In this document: one piece after another, positions 30,508 through 40,566 of the stretch
How the letters are laid out: every line of letters starts with the position of its first letter
How positions within the stretch are numbered: the first letter of the stretch is position 1
DNA from: a bacterium
GTDB lineage: Bacteria; RBG-13-61-14; DATKZS01
Assembly (NCBI GenBank): GCA_963674965.2
Contig: CAXXFL010000007.1
Location: forward strand, 672,001-736,000
Reading direction: 5' to 3'
DNA: 64,000 nucleotides
Position numbers and translations under genes: made by a program
The notes under the pieces: generated by a model
The model's input: the letters and a program-made list of their open reading frames with translations, nothing else
The model's database searches: none
Told to the model about the DNA's origin: nothing

Positions 30508-30620
30508 GATTAATGGCCGGAACAATCCTCCGGCGCGCTCTTCGTTTCTCCTCCCGACGTTTGCCGGTTGGGGTTTTGAGGGCTATGATATTTTCATAAC
30601 AATCAATAAGGAGGCTTGGA

Positions 30621-31481
30621 ATGAGAAAGATAAAACTGGGTCTGGCGCTGGCGTTGGGACTGGCGCTGGCTTTATCGACGGTGGTCATGGCGGGGGACGA
30701 CGACGTTATCGCCGAGGCGGAGAAGCTTCGGGACCAGGAGAAGTTCGAGGAGGCCAACGCCCTTTTGATGGAGCTGGCCAAGACCAACCCCGACCATCCG
30801 GACGTTTACTGGAAGATTTCCCAGAACTACTACGACATAGGCGAGAGGATCGACATCGAGAAGGACAAGGACAAGAAGCTGGACATGTACGTGAAGGCGG
30901 AGGAGTGGGCGAAGAAGGGATACGACAAGAACCCGGGGCTGGCGGACAATACCTTCTGGATGGCCGTGGGCCTGAGCCAGCAGTCCCAGACCAAGGGCAT
31001 CGCGGCCACCCTGATGTCGGACCGTACCCTGGCCAAGAAGATCGAGGACTATTATATCCAGGCTTCCCAGGCCAAGGAGTATCATTTTAAAAGCGACGAC
31101 TCGGACACGGTCTCGAGCGCTCACTTCGCGCTGGGCCAGTTTTATCGCAAGGTCCCCTCCTCGATCGTGGTGAAGATGCTTATGGGCACGAGGGGAGACA
31201 TGGACAAGTCGGTCGAGCATTGCCGGAAGGCGGTCGAGATGTACCCGAACAGCCACGAGTACAACAAGGAACTCGGGGTGTCGCTGCTTTGCCGGGACGA
31301 CGACGGGGACAAGGCCGAGGCGGCGAAATACCTCAAGAAGGTGGGCGAGCTTACGGCCGAGACGGCCCTGGACAAGATCGACCAGGAGGACGCGAAAAAA
31401 CTTCTGGCCGACCCCTCGATGGCCTGCGGATACAGCCGGGTGCAGCAGGAGGAGGTGTCCGACGACGCCTTTAAGGAATAA
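30621..31481 (+). CDS. Secreted TPR-like helical repeat protein
   Basis: Signal peptide, TPR-like helices, AAGGAGG RBS. Confidence 0.7.
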   Translation: MRKIKLGLALALGLALALSTVVMAGDDDVIAEAEKLRDQEKFEEANALLMELAKTNPDHPDVYWKISQNYYDIGERIDIEKDKDKKLDMYVKAEEWAKKGYDKNPGLADNTFWMAVGLSQQSQTKGIAATLMSDRTLAKKIEDYYIQASQAKEYHFKSDDSDTVSSAHFALGQFYRKVPSSIVVKMLMGTRGDMDKSVEHCRKAVEMYPNSHEYNKELGVSLLCRDDDGDKAEAAKYLKKVGELTAETALDKIDQEDAKKLLADPSMACGYSRVQQEEVSDDAFKE

Positions 31482-31502
31482 TTTAAGGGAGAGCGTTGCA
31501 AG

Positions 31503-31531
31503 GCGCGGGTTTTTCGGCCCGCGCTTTTTTT
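31503..31531 (+). terminator. Terminator between convergent genes
   Basis: GCGCGGGT-TTTTC-GGCCCGCGC stem-loop followed by a T run. Confidence 0.65.
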
Positions 31532-32411
31532 ATTCCTCGCCTTCCTCTTTGCTTCCCTGGTCCGGGTCGTTCCCGTCCTGGACGTCCCGCTCGGGAGGCG
31601 GTTCTTTTCCGTACTCGGAGGCCGGCTCTCCCGTCTCGCACACGGTCAGGTTCTCGTAGCCGGGGGCCTTGCCTCGGAAGGATGTACAGGTGGCGGTCTT
31701 AAACAGCAGCTCTCCCACGTAGTCCTCCTTGATACACTGGATTTGTGATGGCCGCTTTTTCCTCTTGTCGTGGTAGCGGTGACAGTCGTTGCAGTCGCCC
31801 TCCTCGTGGCACTTCACGCAGGTGTCCATTTTGAAAAGCCGCTCCATGGGAACGTTGAGGGTCCCGGCGCCGGTGCAGTGGCATTGCCAGCATTTATAAT
31901 GAGGAGGGAACCGGTGATCGGAGTGCTGGAATATCTGGCGGTCCACGTAGGAGGTTTTTCTTTTTTTCAGCCTGTCGGGATGAAAAATCGACTTCGGGTC
32001 CCGCTTCAGCCTCCGATGACAGGCGGCGCAGTCCTTCTCGTCGACGCCGCGCGAGAGGAAGGCGCCTTCCGCGTGCTCGGCGTGGCAGGTAATGCAGGGC
32101 TTGTCCATGGTGTTGTGGATGGTGTTCAGGTAACTCTTGGCGTGGCAACCGGCGGCGGCGCACGACTCGTTGGGCACCCCGGAGAAGGGCACGTGGCAGA
32201 CCATGCAGTCGGTCTTGAGGTTGGCGTGCGAGGTGGAGAGTGACTGGCCGAGGAACACGCCGGGGGACGCGACGGCCAGGTAGTATCCTCCCCACAGGAG
32301 GAAGCCCAGGGTCCAGAGGGTAAGGAACCACGAGTTCTGGACCAGCCTGATCGAGAGGGGGTCCCTGACCTCTCTTTTCCCTCCGGGTCCTCTTATATAG
32401 TGGCCGCTCAT
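31530..32411 (-). CDS. Membrane-anchored multiheme cytochrome c (c3/c7-like)
   Basis: Six CxxCH (CMVCH, CITCH, CAACH, CWQCH, CVKCH, CNDCH) plus CAAAGCH, and one TM. ATGA overlap with the upstream gene. Confidence 0.85.
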   Translation of the reverse strand: MSGHYIRGPGGKREVRDPLSIRLVQNSWFLTLWTLGFLLWGGYYLAVASPGVFLGQSLSTSHANLKTDCMVCHVPFSGVPNESCAAAGCHAKSYLNTIHNTMDKPCITCHAEHAEGAFLSRGVDEKDCAACHRRLKRDPKSIFHPDRLKKRKTSYVDRQIFQHSDHRFPPHYKCWQCHCTGAGTLNVPMERLFKMDTCVKCHEEGDCNDCHRYHDKRKKRPSQIQCIKEDYVGELLFKTATCTSFRGKAPGYENLTVCETGEPASEYGKEPPPERDVQDGNDPDQGSKEEGEE

Positions 32412-33244
32412 GACACCCTGAACCATTCGATCGAGATAATATGGACGAAGGAGAAGACCACCAGTCCGATGGTGGAGGGCACGTGGAAAAGGAGCCAGGC
32501 CTGAATCCACCACCTGAACCTCGCGTGTCGTCCCAACAAGACGAAGAGGTCGTGGGCCTCCTCGATCTTGACCGCCAGTCTCATGAATTTTTCCGACTTC
32601 TCCGGATCGAGCCCCTCGGCCCATGGACTAACGTCCGCCTCGACGGGGTCTTTGCCGACCTCGGTGCGATAAAGGGGTATGACCAACTCGTTGTAGACGC
32701 GGAGAAAAATTTCGCCCTCCTCCGAGCACAGCTCCGATATCTCCTCATGCAGCCTCGAGATGCGCTTGCAAAGATAATCGGGAATCAAAACCGTGGCCTC
32801 GTCGCGGGCCTGGGCCCTGGGCTTGTAGTACATGATGAAAAGGCCCGCCACGCCCGAGAGCACGGTCAGCGTCAGGAAAAGAAGGGCCAGGGCCGCCACG
32901 TCGTTTTGCATTTTAAAGCCGGAGTGGGCGATGATAAAGGCGAGGCTCACTATGCCGATGACGACGTGGGCGTAAAGCCACTGCTCGAGGGTGAAGGCCC
33001 TTTTATACAGCCACTGCTTTCTCATGGCGTAGGCGAAGGACATGAACATGGTGAAGGACCCGAGGCGTCCCATGGTGATTCCGAAATCCGATCCGCCCGT
33101 GTAGCCCTCCGGTCCCAGAAAGGACTTGGCCGCCAGCATGGCGCCCAGGGTCCCGACGGCGAGGACCGCCATCCAGAAGAGGCGGCTGGGCAAGCCGACG
33201 CCCCTGCTGGTCCTTACTTCACCGTTGTTACTTGTCCTCTTCAT
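32408..33244 (-). CDS. Integral membrane protein, diheme cytochrome b/ferric-reductase-like
   Basis: About 6 TM with two His-x13-His pairs (HVVIGIVSLAFIIAH, HVPSTIGLVVFSFVH). Confidence 0.7.
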   Translation of the reverse strand: MKRTSNNGEVRTSRGVGLPSRLFWMAVLAVGTLGAMLAAKSFLGPEGYTGGSDFGITMGRLGSFTMFMSFAYAMRKQWLYKRAFTLEQWLYAHVVIGIVSLAFIIAHSGFKMQNDVAALALLFLTLTVLSGVAGLFIMYYKPRAQARDEATVLIPDYLCKRISRLHEEISELCSEEGEIFLRVYNELVIPLYRTEVGKDPVEADVSPWAEGLDPEKSEKFMRLAVKIEEAHDLFVLLGRHARFRWWIQAWLLFHVPSTIGLVVFSFVHIISIEWFRVS

Positions 33245-34682
33245 AGGCCTTGATAAGGTCCTCCGGCGTCAGCACCTGCATGGCGCCGGTGGGACAGTTG
33301 AAAACGCAAGCCATGTCCTGGTAGTCGTAGCACATGTCGCACTTGACCACCACCTGGTTGAAGCGCTCGTCGATCTTTCCCGCCGCCAGTTGGCGGAGGT
33401 TTTCCTTGCCTCCGAACAGTTTGGCCAGGACGCCCTTTTTTTTCTTTTCCTCGTCCAGCTTCACCACCAGGATGTTTCCAAAGGGGCACCTTTTGGCGCA
33501 GCCCCCGCACCCATTGCAGAACTCGGTGTGATGAATCTCGCCGTTCTTGTCCCTCACGATTCCGCCGACGGGACAGAGCAGGCACTCGGGGTCCTCGCAG
33601 TGGAAGCAGGAGGTGGGCACCAGGAACCGGCCCAGTCTCGATCCCCTCCTCTCGATCCTCGCGTGTCCCCTGGTGGCCTCGCAGGCGGCCACGCAGTTGT
33701 CGCACCCGATGCACCTCTCGAGGTCCACCACCAGTATCTCGCGGGCCTGGGCCAGGCCCTTTTTCACCACGAAGCTCATGGCCTTGGACAGACGCTCGTC
33801 CTGTTCCATCTCGGCGGACTTTTCCTTCCTGTCCGTGATGGTCCGCTCGATCTCCTCCTTCACCTCCGGATATAGGGACAGAATCTCCTGGAAGTCCTTC
33901 TTGCCGACCCGAACGGCCTCCACTTCCGTCATGGCCACCACGTTGGCGCTGCGCTTCTCGTCCGCGATTAAAGCCATCTCGCCGAAGTAACTGCCGTCGC
34001 GCAAATAGGTGAGTATCTTCTCGCGGTCGAGGGGGCCCTGGCTGACCTTGACGAAGCCGCTGCGGGTGAGGTAGAGGCAGTCCCCCACCTCCCCCTCCCT
34101 GATGATGGCCTCGCCCTTCTTGAAGCTTACCAGCTCGACCTTGTTGGCCAGGGCGTCGAGGATGACGTCGGGCAGGGAGGCGAACAGGGAGACCTGGCGC
34201 AGGTGAGTGCGCAGGGAACGCTCGATGTATTTCTGATCTATCCTGTGCTTGGTCAGGGGCGAGCGGCGAAGCATCATGAGGAAGAGGCGCTTGGGTATCT
34301 GGAGCACCACGGTCCTCTCCCGGGCCTTGACCGTGGCGGTCCTCGGCTGTCCCGAAAGGGGGCCCATCTCCCCGAAGAAGTCGCCCTTGCCCAGCGTGGC
34401 CAGGGGAATGACCTTTTGGGACTGGGTCTGGGTGGTCACGTCCACCTCTCCAGCCAGTACTATATAGAAGGTCTCCTCGTAGTCGCCCTGGTTGCAGATG
34501 ACGTGGCCGACGTTGAACTGGAGAAGCAGGGCCTGGTCCGCCACCTTGGCCACCAGGTCCTTTCCCATGCCGTCGAAAAAGGGCACCCGGTCAAGAAGCT
34601 GCTCGGAGCGGAGTCCCTCCAGAAAAGGAATCTGCTGGAGTTCCTCCGCCAGTTGCGAGACGGTTTTGTTGCCTATCTCCAA
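33228..34682 (-). CDS. Tandem cyclic-nucleotide-binding domains fused to a 4Fe-4S ferredoxin (DmsB/NrfC-like)
   Basis: FGEMGPLSGQPRTA and FGEMALIADEKRSA cassettes. CIGCDNCVAAC, CFHCEDPEC, CNGCGGCAKRCP and CDMC..CVFNCP clusters. Start uncertain (TTG 34682). Confidence 0.85.
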   Translation of the reverse strand: MEIGNKTVSQLAEELQQIPFLEGLRSEQLLDRVPFFDGMGKDLVAKVADQALLLQFNVGHVICNQGDYEETFYIVLAGEVDVTTQTQSQKVIPLATLGKGDFFGEMGPLSGQPRTATVKARERTVVLQIPKRLFLMMLRRSPLTKHRIDQKYIERSLRTHLRQVSLFASLPDVILDALANKVELVSFKKGEAIIREGEVGDCLYLTRSGFVKVSQGPLDREKILTYLRDGSYFGEMALIADEKRSANVVAMTEVEAVRVGKKDFQEILSLYPEVKEEIERTITDRKEKSAEMEQDERLSKAMSFVVKKGLAQAREILVVDLERCIGCDNCVAACEATRGHARIERRGSRLGRFLVPTSCFHCEDPECLLCPVGGIVRDKNGEIHHTEFCNGCGGCAKRCPFGNILVVKLDEEKKKKGVLAKLFGGKENLRQLAAGKIDERFNQVVVKCDMCYDYQDMACVFNCPTGAMQVLTPEDLIKAYEEDK

Positions 34683-34824
34683 ATATCGCCGCCCTTTATG
34701 TCGGAGTTGGCCGCGGCCTTGGCGGCCGACCTGAAAAAACCAAAGAGGCGGACCCGCCAAAACGGGCCCGCCCCGCGCGTCGCGTTGGTATCACGCCGGC
34801 CGCGCTCGGGCCGGCGTCCAGGCT

Positions 34825-35688
34825 TCACCAGGGCGAGGGTATCTTGGCCGCCTTGGTATGGCAGGCGTAGCAGTTGTCCACCACGATCCTGGGGGGAGGC
34901 AGGGGTTTTCCCTTGTCCCAGTTCATGTCCCGAAGCTTTTTAACGACCCCGTCGTTGAAAATCTTGAGGTCGTTATAGGTCTTCTCGAAGAGGGCCTTGT
35001 CGATGGGCTGTCCGTCCTGGTTGACGTCGGGAATGTTCTTCGGAATTTCCTCGATGTAGCCCCTCAGCACCAGGAAGCAGTACAGGGCCTGGTCGTATTT
35101 TTCCTGCTGCAGCAGCGGCCCGGCCTGCTTGTAGATTTCGTAAATCTCGTGCATCAGGTGGGTGAGCACCTTGAACTTGGTGTCGATCCTGAACTCGGTG
35201 GGAATGTTATAGGACTGGTGGCAGCCCACGCAGGTCTGCATCATGGGGTCCAGTTGGCCCGCGGGCACGTCGGCCCATTTCTTGTTCTTCAGGTTCCCCC
35301 TGATCTCGGCGGAAAAGGAGTTGAGCTTGTCGATGGAAGCCACGTAGCCGGCCTTGTCGAATTTTTTCCCGTCCTGCAGCGTCTCGGGAAGCTGTTCCTT
35401 GCTCAGGTTGGTGAAGAGTTCCATGACCGCCAGGTTGGCCTCGGCCATTTCCATGTCGCCATTTTCAAACTCCTTCTTGCCCACCACGTAGCGCTCGTAG
35501 ACCTCGTGCATGTAATAGGTCAGCCACCCGTACTCGCTGGTCGGATACAACTCCTCCCCGCCTCCCTCCAGCGCCCCGTCCTTGATCTTTCCCGAGGCCC
35601 CCGGCGGAAGGCCCACCCAGGTAATTATTCCCACCGCGACCAGCGAAAACACGCATAAAGTCTTAAGCCATGAAGTCCCGTTAGTCAT
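34825..35688 (-). CDS. Exported diheme cytochrome c with two internal repeats
   Basis: Signal peptide. CVGCH and CYACH each end a helical repeat (LTYYMHEVYE / LTHLMHEIYE). Confidence 0.75.
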   Translation of the reverse strand: MTNGTSWLKTLCVFSLVAVGIITWVGLPPGASGKIKDGALEGGGEELYPTSEYGWLTYYMHEVYERYVVGKKEFENGDMEMAEANLAVMELFTNLSKEQLPETLQDGKKFDKAGYVASIDKLNSFSAEIRGNLKNKKWADVPAGQLDPMMQTCVGCHQSYNIPTEFRIDTKFKVLTHLMHEIYEIYKQAGPLLQQEKYDQALYCFLVLRGYIEEIPKNIPDVNQDGQPIDKALFEKTYNDLKIFNDGVVKKLRDMNWDKGKPLPPPRIVVDNCYACHTKAAKIPSPW

Positions 35689-35833
35689 TCGTGCATCCTC
35701 CCCGCGGGCGGTCCGATTCCACCCGTCTTAACTTTTTCGAGGTCCCCGCCGGGGGGGACCAGTTGTCCCTATTATCCAATTAATTCTAGAATCCGAGGAC
35801 TCGACTGTCAAACCTATTGGCCTATTTTTTTCT

Positions 35834-37045
35834 TCAGGGGCCGGCCGGTTTTACCGAGGCGAAGATGGAGGTCTCGTCCCATTTCTCGACGCGAAGGCGG
35901 GAGCCCTCGAGGTCGATCTCGGCCAGCCAGTCCACCACGCTCTCGGCTCCCGCCTTGGCCGTCAGGTTGAAGACCATCTCCTCGCCTCCGACCATCCCGA
36001 TCCGTACCTTTTCCACGCCGGGCGACTCGGCCAGCCTGTCCTTGAGGGTGGTCATCCTGGAATAGGACCCGAGTCCGGTCACGGTCAGCTCGATCATCCT
36101 TTCCTCTCCCGGCTTGAAAGTGGGCGTCCAGGCCACGAAAAGCTTTTCCGCCGCCTCGGAGCCGGCCATGGAGCAAACCTTTTCCATGCCCTCCAGGTCG
36201 GACACCGGCGTCCGGGCCAGGAATTGTTCCTCGTACTTGCCCGACCATATCAGCCTTTTTTTGGTCGAGTCCGCCACGGCCACGCGCAGGGTGGCCTCCC
36301 CGGTCTCCTTGTCCGCCCCCTCCTCGCCGAGACGGCTCGTTACCGCCTGGCCTATGATTACGGCCTCGCCCCCGTAAAGGCCCGAGACCGTCTCGAAGAC
36401 CCGCGTCCTTTCCTCCTCCCCCTGCGGGTTCATGATGGCGGCCACGTTCGCGCCGGGCGCGCCCCTCCTGGGGGAAACGATCTCGAAGCCGTACCTGGCC
36501 ATCTCCCTGGCCATGGCCTCCTCGCACGGGTTCATGTCCCCGGCCTGGAACCCTCCCTGGTTCCATGCGCTGTCCATGGCCGATCCGTTCATGGTCCCGG
36601 CCACGACGATAAAGACCTTGGGTATGGACCTGACCGGATAGACGGCCGCGCTTCTCATGGCGGACAGGAGCTTGTTCTCGTCCAGCTCGATCCGGGCGCG
36701 GAGGGTCAAAACTCCCTCGCCCGTTTCCTCGAGGACCGTCTCCCACGAGGTCACGTAGCTCTCGCTCGATGACGCGATCTCCTTTATCCGTTCGATCTTG
36801 TCCTTTTTCACTCCCGGCGGGACCCGGGAGTCGATAAAGTCGCGGACCGCCTTTTCCTTGGCCTCGTCCAGCGCCTTTTGCCTGGCGCCGGCCTCGTCGC
36901 CCGAGGCGATCTTGATCTTGACCTCGACCTCGACCCCTCCGCCCGGCAGCCGGACGGACTGCGCCCTAGCCGCGTCGAGGGCAAGGACCCACGAGGAAAC
37001 GATCGCCGCCCCGATAAGGATAGTAATATATCGTCGTCCGGTCAT
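35834..37045 (-). CDS. Exported protein, FlgT-N/DUF2066-like
   Basis: Signal peptide and ARQKALDEAKEKAV pattern. Downstream of dnaE. Confidence 0.5.
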   Translation of the reverse strand: MTGRRYITILIGAAIVSSWVLALDAARAQSVRLPGGGVEVEVKIKIASGDEAGARQKALDEAKEKAVRDFIDSRVPPGVKKDKIERIKEIASSSESYVTSWETVLEETGEGVLTLRARIELDENKLLSAMRSAAVYPVRSIPKVFIVVAGTMNGSAMDSAWNQGGFQAGDMNPCEEAMAREMARYGFEIVSPRRGAPGANVAAIMNPQGEEERTRVFETVSGLYGGEAVIIGQAVTSRLGEEGADKETGEATLRVAVADSTKKRLIWSGKYEEQFLARTPVSDLEGMEKVCSMAGSEAAEKLFVAWTPTFKPGEERMIELTVTGLGSYSRMTTLKDRLAESPGVEKVRIGMVGGEEMVFNLTAKAGAESVVDWLAEIDLEGSRLRVEKWDETSIFASVKPAGP

Positions 37046-37066
37046 CGCGACCCTCCTCCGGGCCCG

Positions 37067-40000
37067 TCAGGCCGCCTCCAGCCTGACCGTGCCCTCTCCC
37101 AGCAGTTCCTCCAGCGCCAGGATCAGCTCCCGGTCGGGAGTGGCCCGGTAATCGGCGGGAAGGGCCACCACCGTCTCCGACCTCCCCTGGATGACCACGT
37201 GGACCATCACCTTGGCCTTGCCCCGCCTCGATTTCAGGATGCGGCCCAAAAACTCGACCTGCTCGGGCGTGGCCAGGGGCCGGTGCATGGTGACGTGAAG
37301 GGTAAGGCTCAGCTTCTCCGGCGCCTTGTCCAGGGGAATGATCTCGCTGGCCAGTATTTTCGCCCTGTCCTCCGAGACCTCGACCCTGCCCCGTATCAAG
37401 ATGGGCCTGTCCTCCTCGGCCAAAAGGTCCCGAGCCTCCTGGTACACGCCGGCGAAGACCACCGTCTCGATACTGCCCTTCAGGTCGGTGACGGTCAAAA
37501 AGGCCATCCTTTCCTTTTTCTTGGTCAGGTGTTCCTTTTTGGCCGTGACCACTCCCCCAATCAGTATCTCCTGCCCTCCGGCCAGAAGCGGCGCCCTGGT
37601 GGTCTCGACCACGCCGTATTTCTTCATCATGTCCTCGAACCTGGCCAGGGGGTGGCCGGTGAGGTAAAAGCCCAGGGCCTCCTTTTCGTTGGCCAGGAGC
37701 TCGGTGGAGGACCAGGGATCGGCATTGGGGTAGTTCTGCTCGACGTAGTCCGATCCGCTCTCGTCTCCCAGCATGTCGAAGAGGTTGGTCTGTCCGGCCT
37801 CCCTCTCCCTCATGGCCCGCTGTCCCGAGTCGAGGGCCGAGTCGATGGCCGCCAGCATCCTGGCCCGGTCGGGCCCGAGCCCGTCGAAGGCCCCCGCCTT
37901 GATCAGGCTCTCGAGGGTCCGCCTGTTCACCCTTTTCAAGTCCGCCCGATCGCAGAAGTCCCACAGGTTCTTGTACTCTCCACCCTCGAGCCGGGCCTCG
38001 ACCACGGCCTCGACCGCGGCCTTGCCCACGTTTTTGACCGCTCCCAGTCCCATCCTGATCGAGTCGCCGAGGGCCACGAACTTCCACTCCCCGTGGTTGA
38101 CGTGAGGCTGGAGCACGGGCGCGCCCTTGTCCGCGCACTCCTTGATGTACCTTACCACCTTGTCCGTGTCCCCCATGTCCATGGTAAGAAGGGCGGACAT
38201 GAACTCGACCGGGTAACGGGCCTTGAGATAGGCCGTCTGGTAGGCGATCCAGGCGTAAACGGCGGCGTGGCTTTTATTGAAGCCGTAGCCCGCGAACTGG
38301 GCCATGTCGTCGAAGATGGCCTTGGCCTTGTCCTTGGGAATCCCGTTGGCCGTGGCCCCCGCCATGAACTTGTCCTCCTCGGCCGCCATCAGCTCGGGCT
38401 TCTTCTTGCCCATGGCCTTCCTCAGCTTGTCCGCCTCCCCCATGGTATAGCCCGCCAGCTTGACGGCTATCTCCATGACCTGCTCCTGGTAAAGAAGGAC
38501 CCCGTACGTTTCCTTGGCGATGGGCTCGAGCTCGGGCGCGCGGTAGGTGACCTCCTCCCGGCCGTGCTTTCGCTCGATAAAGCGGCGCACGTCGCCCGAG
38601 CCCAGGGGGCCCGGACGGTAAAGGGCCACCACCGCGATCATCTCCTCGAACCTGTTGGGCCGAAGCTGGGTCAGGAGCTCCTTCATGCCCGAGCTCTCGA
38701 GCTGGAACACGCCCCCCGTGTCGCCCGCCCCCAGAAGCTCGAAGACCTTCTCGTCGTCCATGGGTATCTTGTCTATGTCCAGGTCCACGCCCCGGTTCTT
38801 TTTGATCAGCTCGACGCAGTACTTGATCTGAGTCAGGGTCTTAAGGCCCAGAAGGTCGAACTTGACCAGGCCCACCTTCTCGACGCACTTCATGTCGTAC
38901 TGGGCCACCACCCCCTCCTCCTTGGGGTCCTTGTAGAGGGGCAGGTAGTTGACCATGGGAAGGTCGGATATGACCAGGCCCGCCGCGTGGGTCGAGGCGT
39001 GACGGGATATGCCCTCCAGCGCATCGGCCAGCTCGAGCAGTTCCTTGATAAGGGGGTCCTTTCTGGCGGCCTCGGAAATCTTCGGCTCGCCTTGCACGGC
39101 GTCCTTCAACTTGCTGTTCATGGGGATGAGCTTGGCCAGCCGGTCCACGTCGCCGTAGGGGACCCCCAGCACCCGGCCCACGTCCCGGACCACGGCCCGG
39201 GCCTTCATGGTGCCGAAGGTGATGATCTGGGCCACGTGCTCGGAGCCGCCGTACTTCTCGGTCACGTACTCGATGACCTCTCCCCTTCTGTCCTGGCAGA
39301 AGTCCACGTCGATGTCGGGCATGGACCTTCTTTCCGGGTTGAGGAAGCGCTCGAAGATGAGCCCGTAGGCCAGAGGGTTGAGGTCGGTGATCCGAAGGCA
39401 ATAGGAGGCCAGGCTGCCTGCGGCCGAGCCTCGTCCCGGCCCGACGGGGATTTCACTGGACTTGGCCCAGTTGACGAAGTCGGCCACGATGAGGAAATAG
39501 CCGGGGAAGCCCATGTCCTGGATGATCTTGATCTCGTAGTTAAGCCGTTTTTGGTATTCGGCTTTCCTCTTCTCGAAATGAGGATCGCTGAGCCTTATGT
39601 CCTCGATCCGCCGCTCGAAGCCCTCGCGGGTCTTCTTCTCGAAAAGCTCGTTCGGCGTCATGCCGTCGGGTATATGGAACTCGGGAAAATGAAGGCTGTC
39701 AAGGTCCCAGTCCAGGTTGCACCGGGCCGCTATCTCGATGGTGTTCGAGATCGCCTCCGGCACCTCGGCGAAGGCCTCCTTCATCTCGCCCGGGCTCTTG
39801 AAGTAGAACTCGTCCGTGCTCATGCGCATCCTTTTCTCGTCGGAAAGGTTCTTGCCCGTCTGGATGCAAAGCAGGGCCTCGTGGGCCCTCGCGTGCTCTC
39901 TCAAGAGGTAATGGCAGTCGTTGGTGGCCACGAGGGGAAGGTCAAGGCGCCTTCCCAGCGCGATGAGGCCGCGGTTGACCCGCCTCTGGTCCTCGATGCC

Positions 40001-40531
40001 GTTCTCCTGCAGCTCGAGGTAGTAGCGGCCGTTGTCGAAAATTTCCTTGAACCGGCCCGCCGCCTCGATGGCCTTTTCCTCGTCCTCGACGAGCAGGGCC
40101 TGGCACACCTCGCCCTTCAAGCAGGCCGACAAGGCGATGAGTCCCTCGTTGTGCTCGGCTATCATGGACATGTCGGTCCTGGGCTTGTAGTAGAAACCCT
40201 CGAGGAAGGCGGAACTGACTATCTTGCACAGGTTCTGGTAGCCCTTGTAGTTCTTGCAAAGGAGGACCAGGTGGTGGCCCACGGCGTCGCGGCTTTTCCT
40301 GTCGCCGGGCGCCACGTAGACCTCGCAGCCGATGATGGGCTTGATGCCCCTCTCCCTGGCCTTTTCGTAGAGGTTGACCGCGCCGAACAGGTTGCCGTGG
40401 TCGGTCATGGCCACGGCCGGCATCTGGAAGGCCTCGGCCCGGTCAAGCAGGTCCTTCAGCCTTATCATGCCGTCGAGCAGGCTGTACTCGGTGTGAACGT
40501 GAAGATGGACGAAATCCGCTACGCCGTGCAT
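37067..40531 (-). CDS. dnaE: DNA polymerase III alpha subunit
   Basis: FVHLHVHTEYSLLDG, PGRGSAAGS, MPDIDVDF, KFDLLGL and GYGFNKSHAA motifs. No intein-sized insertion. Confidence 0.97.
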   Translation of the reverse strand: MHGVADFVHLHVHTEYSLLDGMIRLKDLLDRAEAFQMPAVAMTDHGNLFGAVNLYEKARERGIKPIIGCEVYVAPGDRKSRDAVGHHLVLLCKNYKGYQNLCKIVSSAFLEGFYYKPRTDMSMIAEHNEGLIALSACLKGEVCQALLVEDEEKAIEAAGRFKEIFDNGRYYLELQENGIEDQRRVNRGLIALGRRLDLPLVATNDCHYLLREHARAHEALLCIQTGKNLSDEKRMRMSTDEFYFKSPGEMKEAFAEVPEAISNTIEIAARCNLDWDLDSLHFPEFHIPDGMTPNELFEKKTREGFERRIEDIRLSDPHFEKRKAEYQKRLNYEIKIIQDMGFPGYFLIVADFVNWAKSSEIPVGPGRGSAAGSLASYCLRITDLNPLAYGLIFERFLNPERRSMPDIDVDFCQDRRGEVIEYVTEKYGGSEHVAQIITFGTMKARAVVRDVGRVLGVPYGDVDRLAKLIPMNSKLKDAVQGEPKISEAARKDPLIKELLELADALEGISRHASTHAAGLVISDLPMVNYLPLYKDPKEEGVVAQYDMKCVEKVGLVKFDLLGLKTLTQIKYCVELIKKNRGVDLDIDKIPMDDEKVFELLGAGDTGGVFQLESSGMKELLTQLRPNRFEEMIAVVALYRPGPLGSGDVRRFIERKHGREEVTYRAPELEPIAKETYGVLLYQEQVMEIAVKLAGYTMGEADKLRKAMGKKKPELMAAEEDKFMAGATANGIPKDKAKAIFDDMAQFAGYGFNKSHAAVYAWIAYQTAYLKARYPVEFMSALLTMDMGDTDKVVRYIKECADKGAPVLQPHVNHGEWKFVALGDSIRMGLGAVKNVGKAAVEAVVEARLEGGEYKNLWDFCDRADLKRVNRRTLESLIKAGAFDGLGPDRARMLAAIDSALDSGQRAMREREAGQTNLFDMLGDESGSDYVEQNYPNADPWSSTELLANEKEALGFYLTGHPLARFEDMMKKYGVVETTRAPLLAGGQEILIGGVVTAKKEHLTKKKERMAFLTVTDLKGSIETVVFAGVYQEARDLLAEEDRPILIRGRVEVSEDRAKILASEIIPLDKAPEKLSLTLHVTMHRPLATPEQVEFLGRILKSRRGKAKVMVHVVIQGRSETVVALPADYRATPDRELILALEELLGEGTVRLEAA

Positions 40532-40566
40532 GGTTTCCCCTTTTTCGCTATTGGTTTTTTCCTCGC

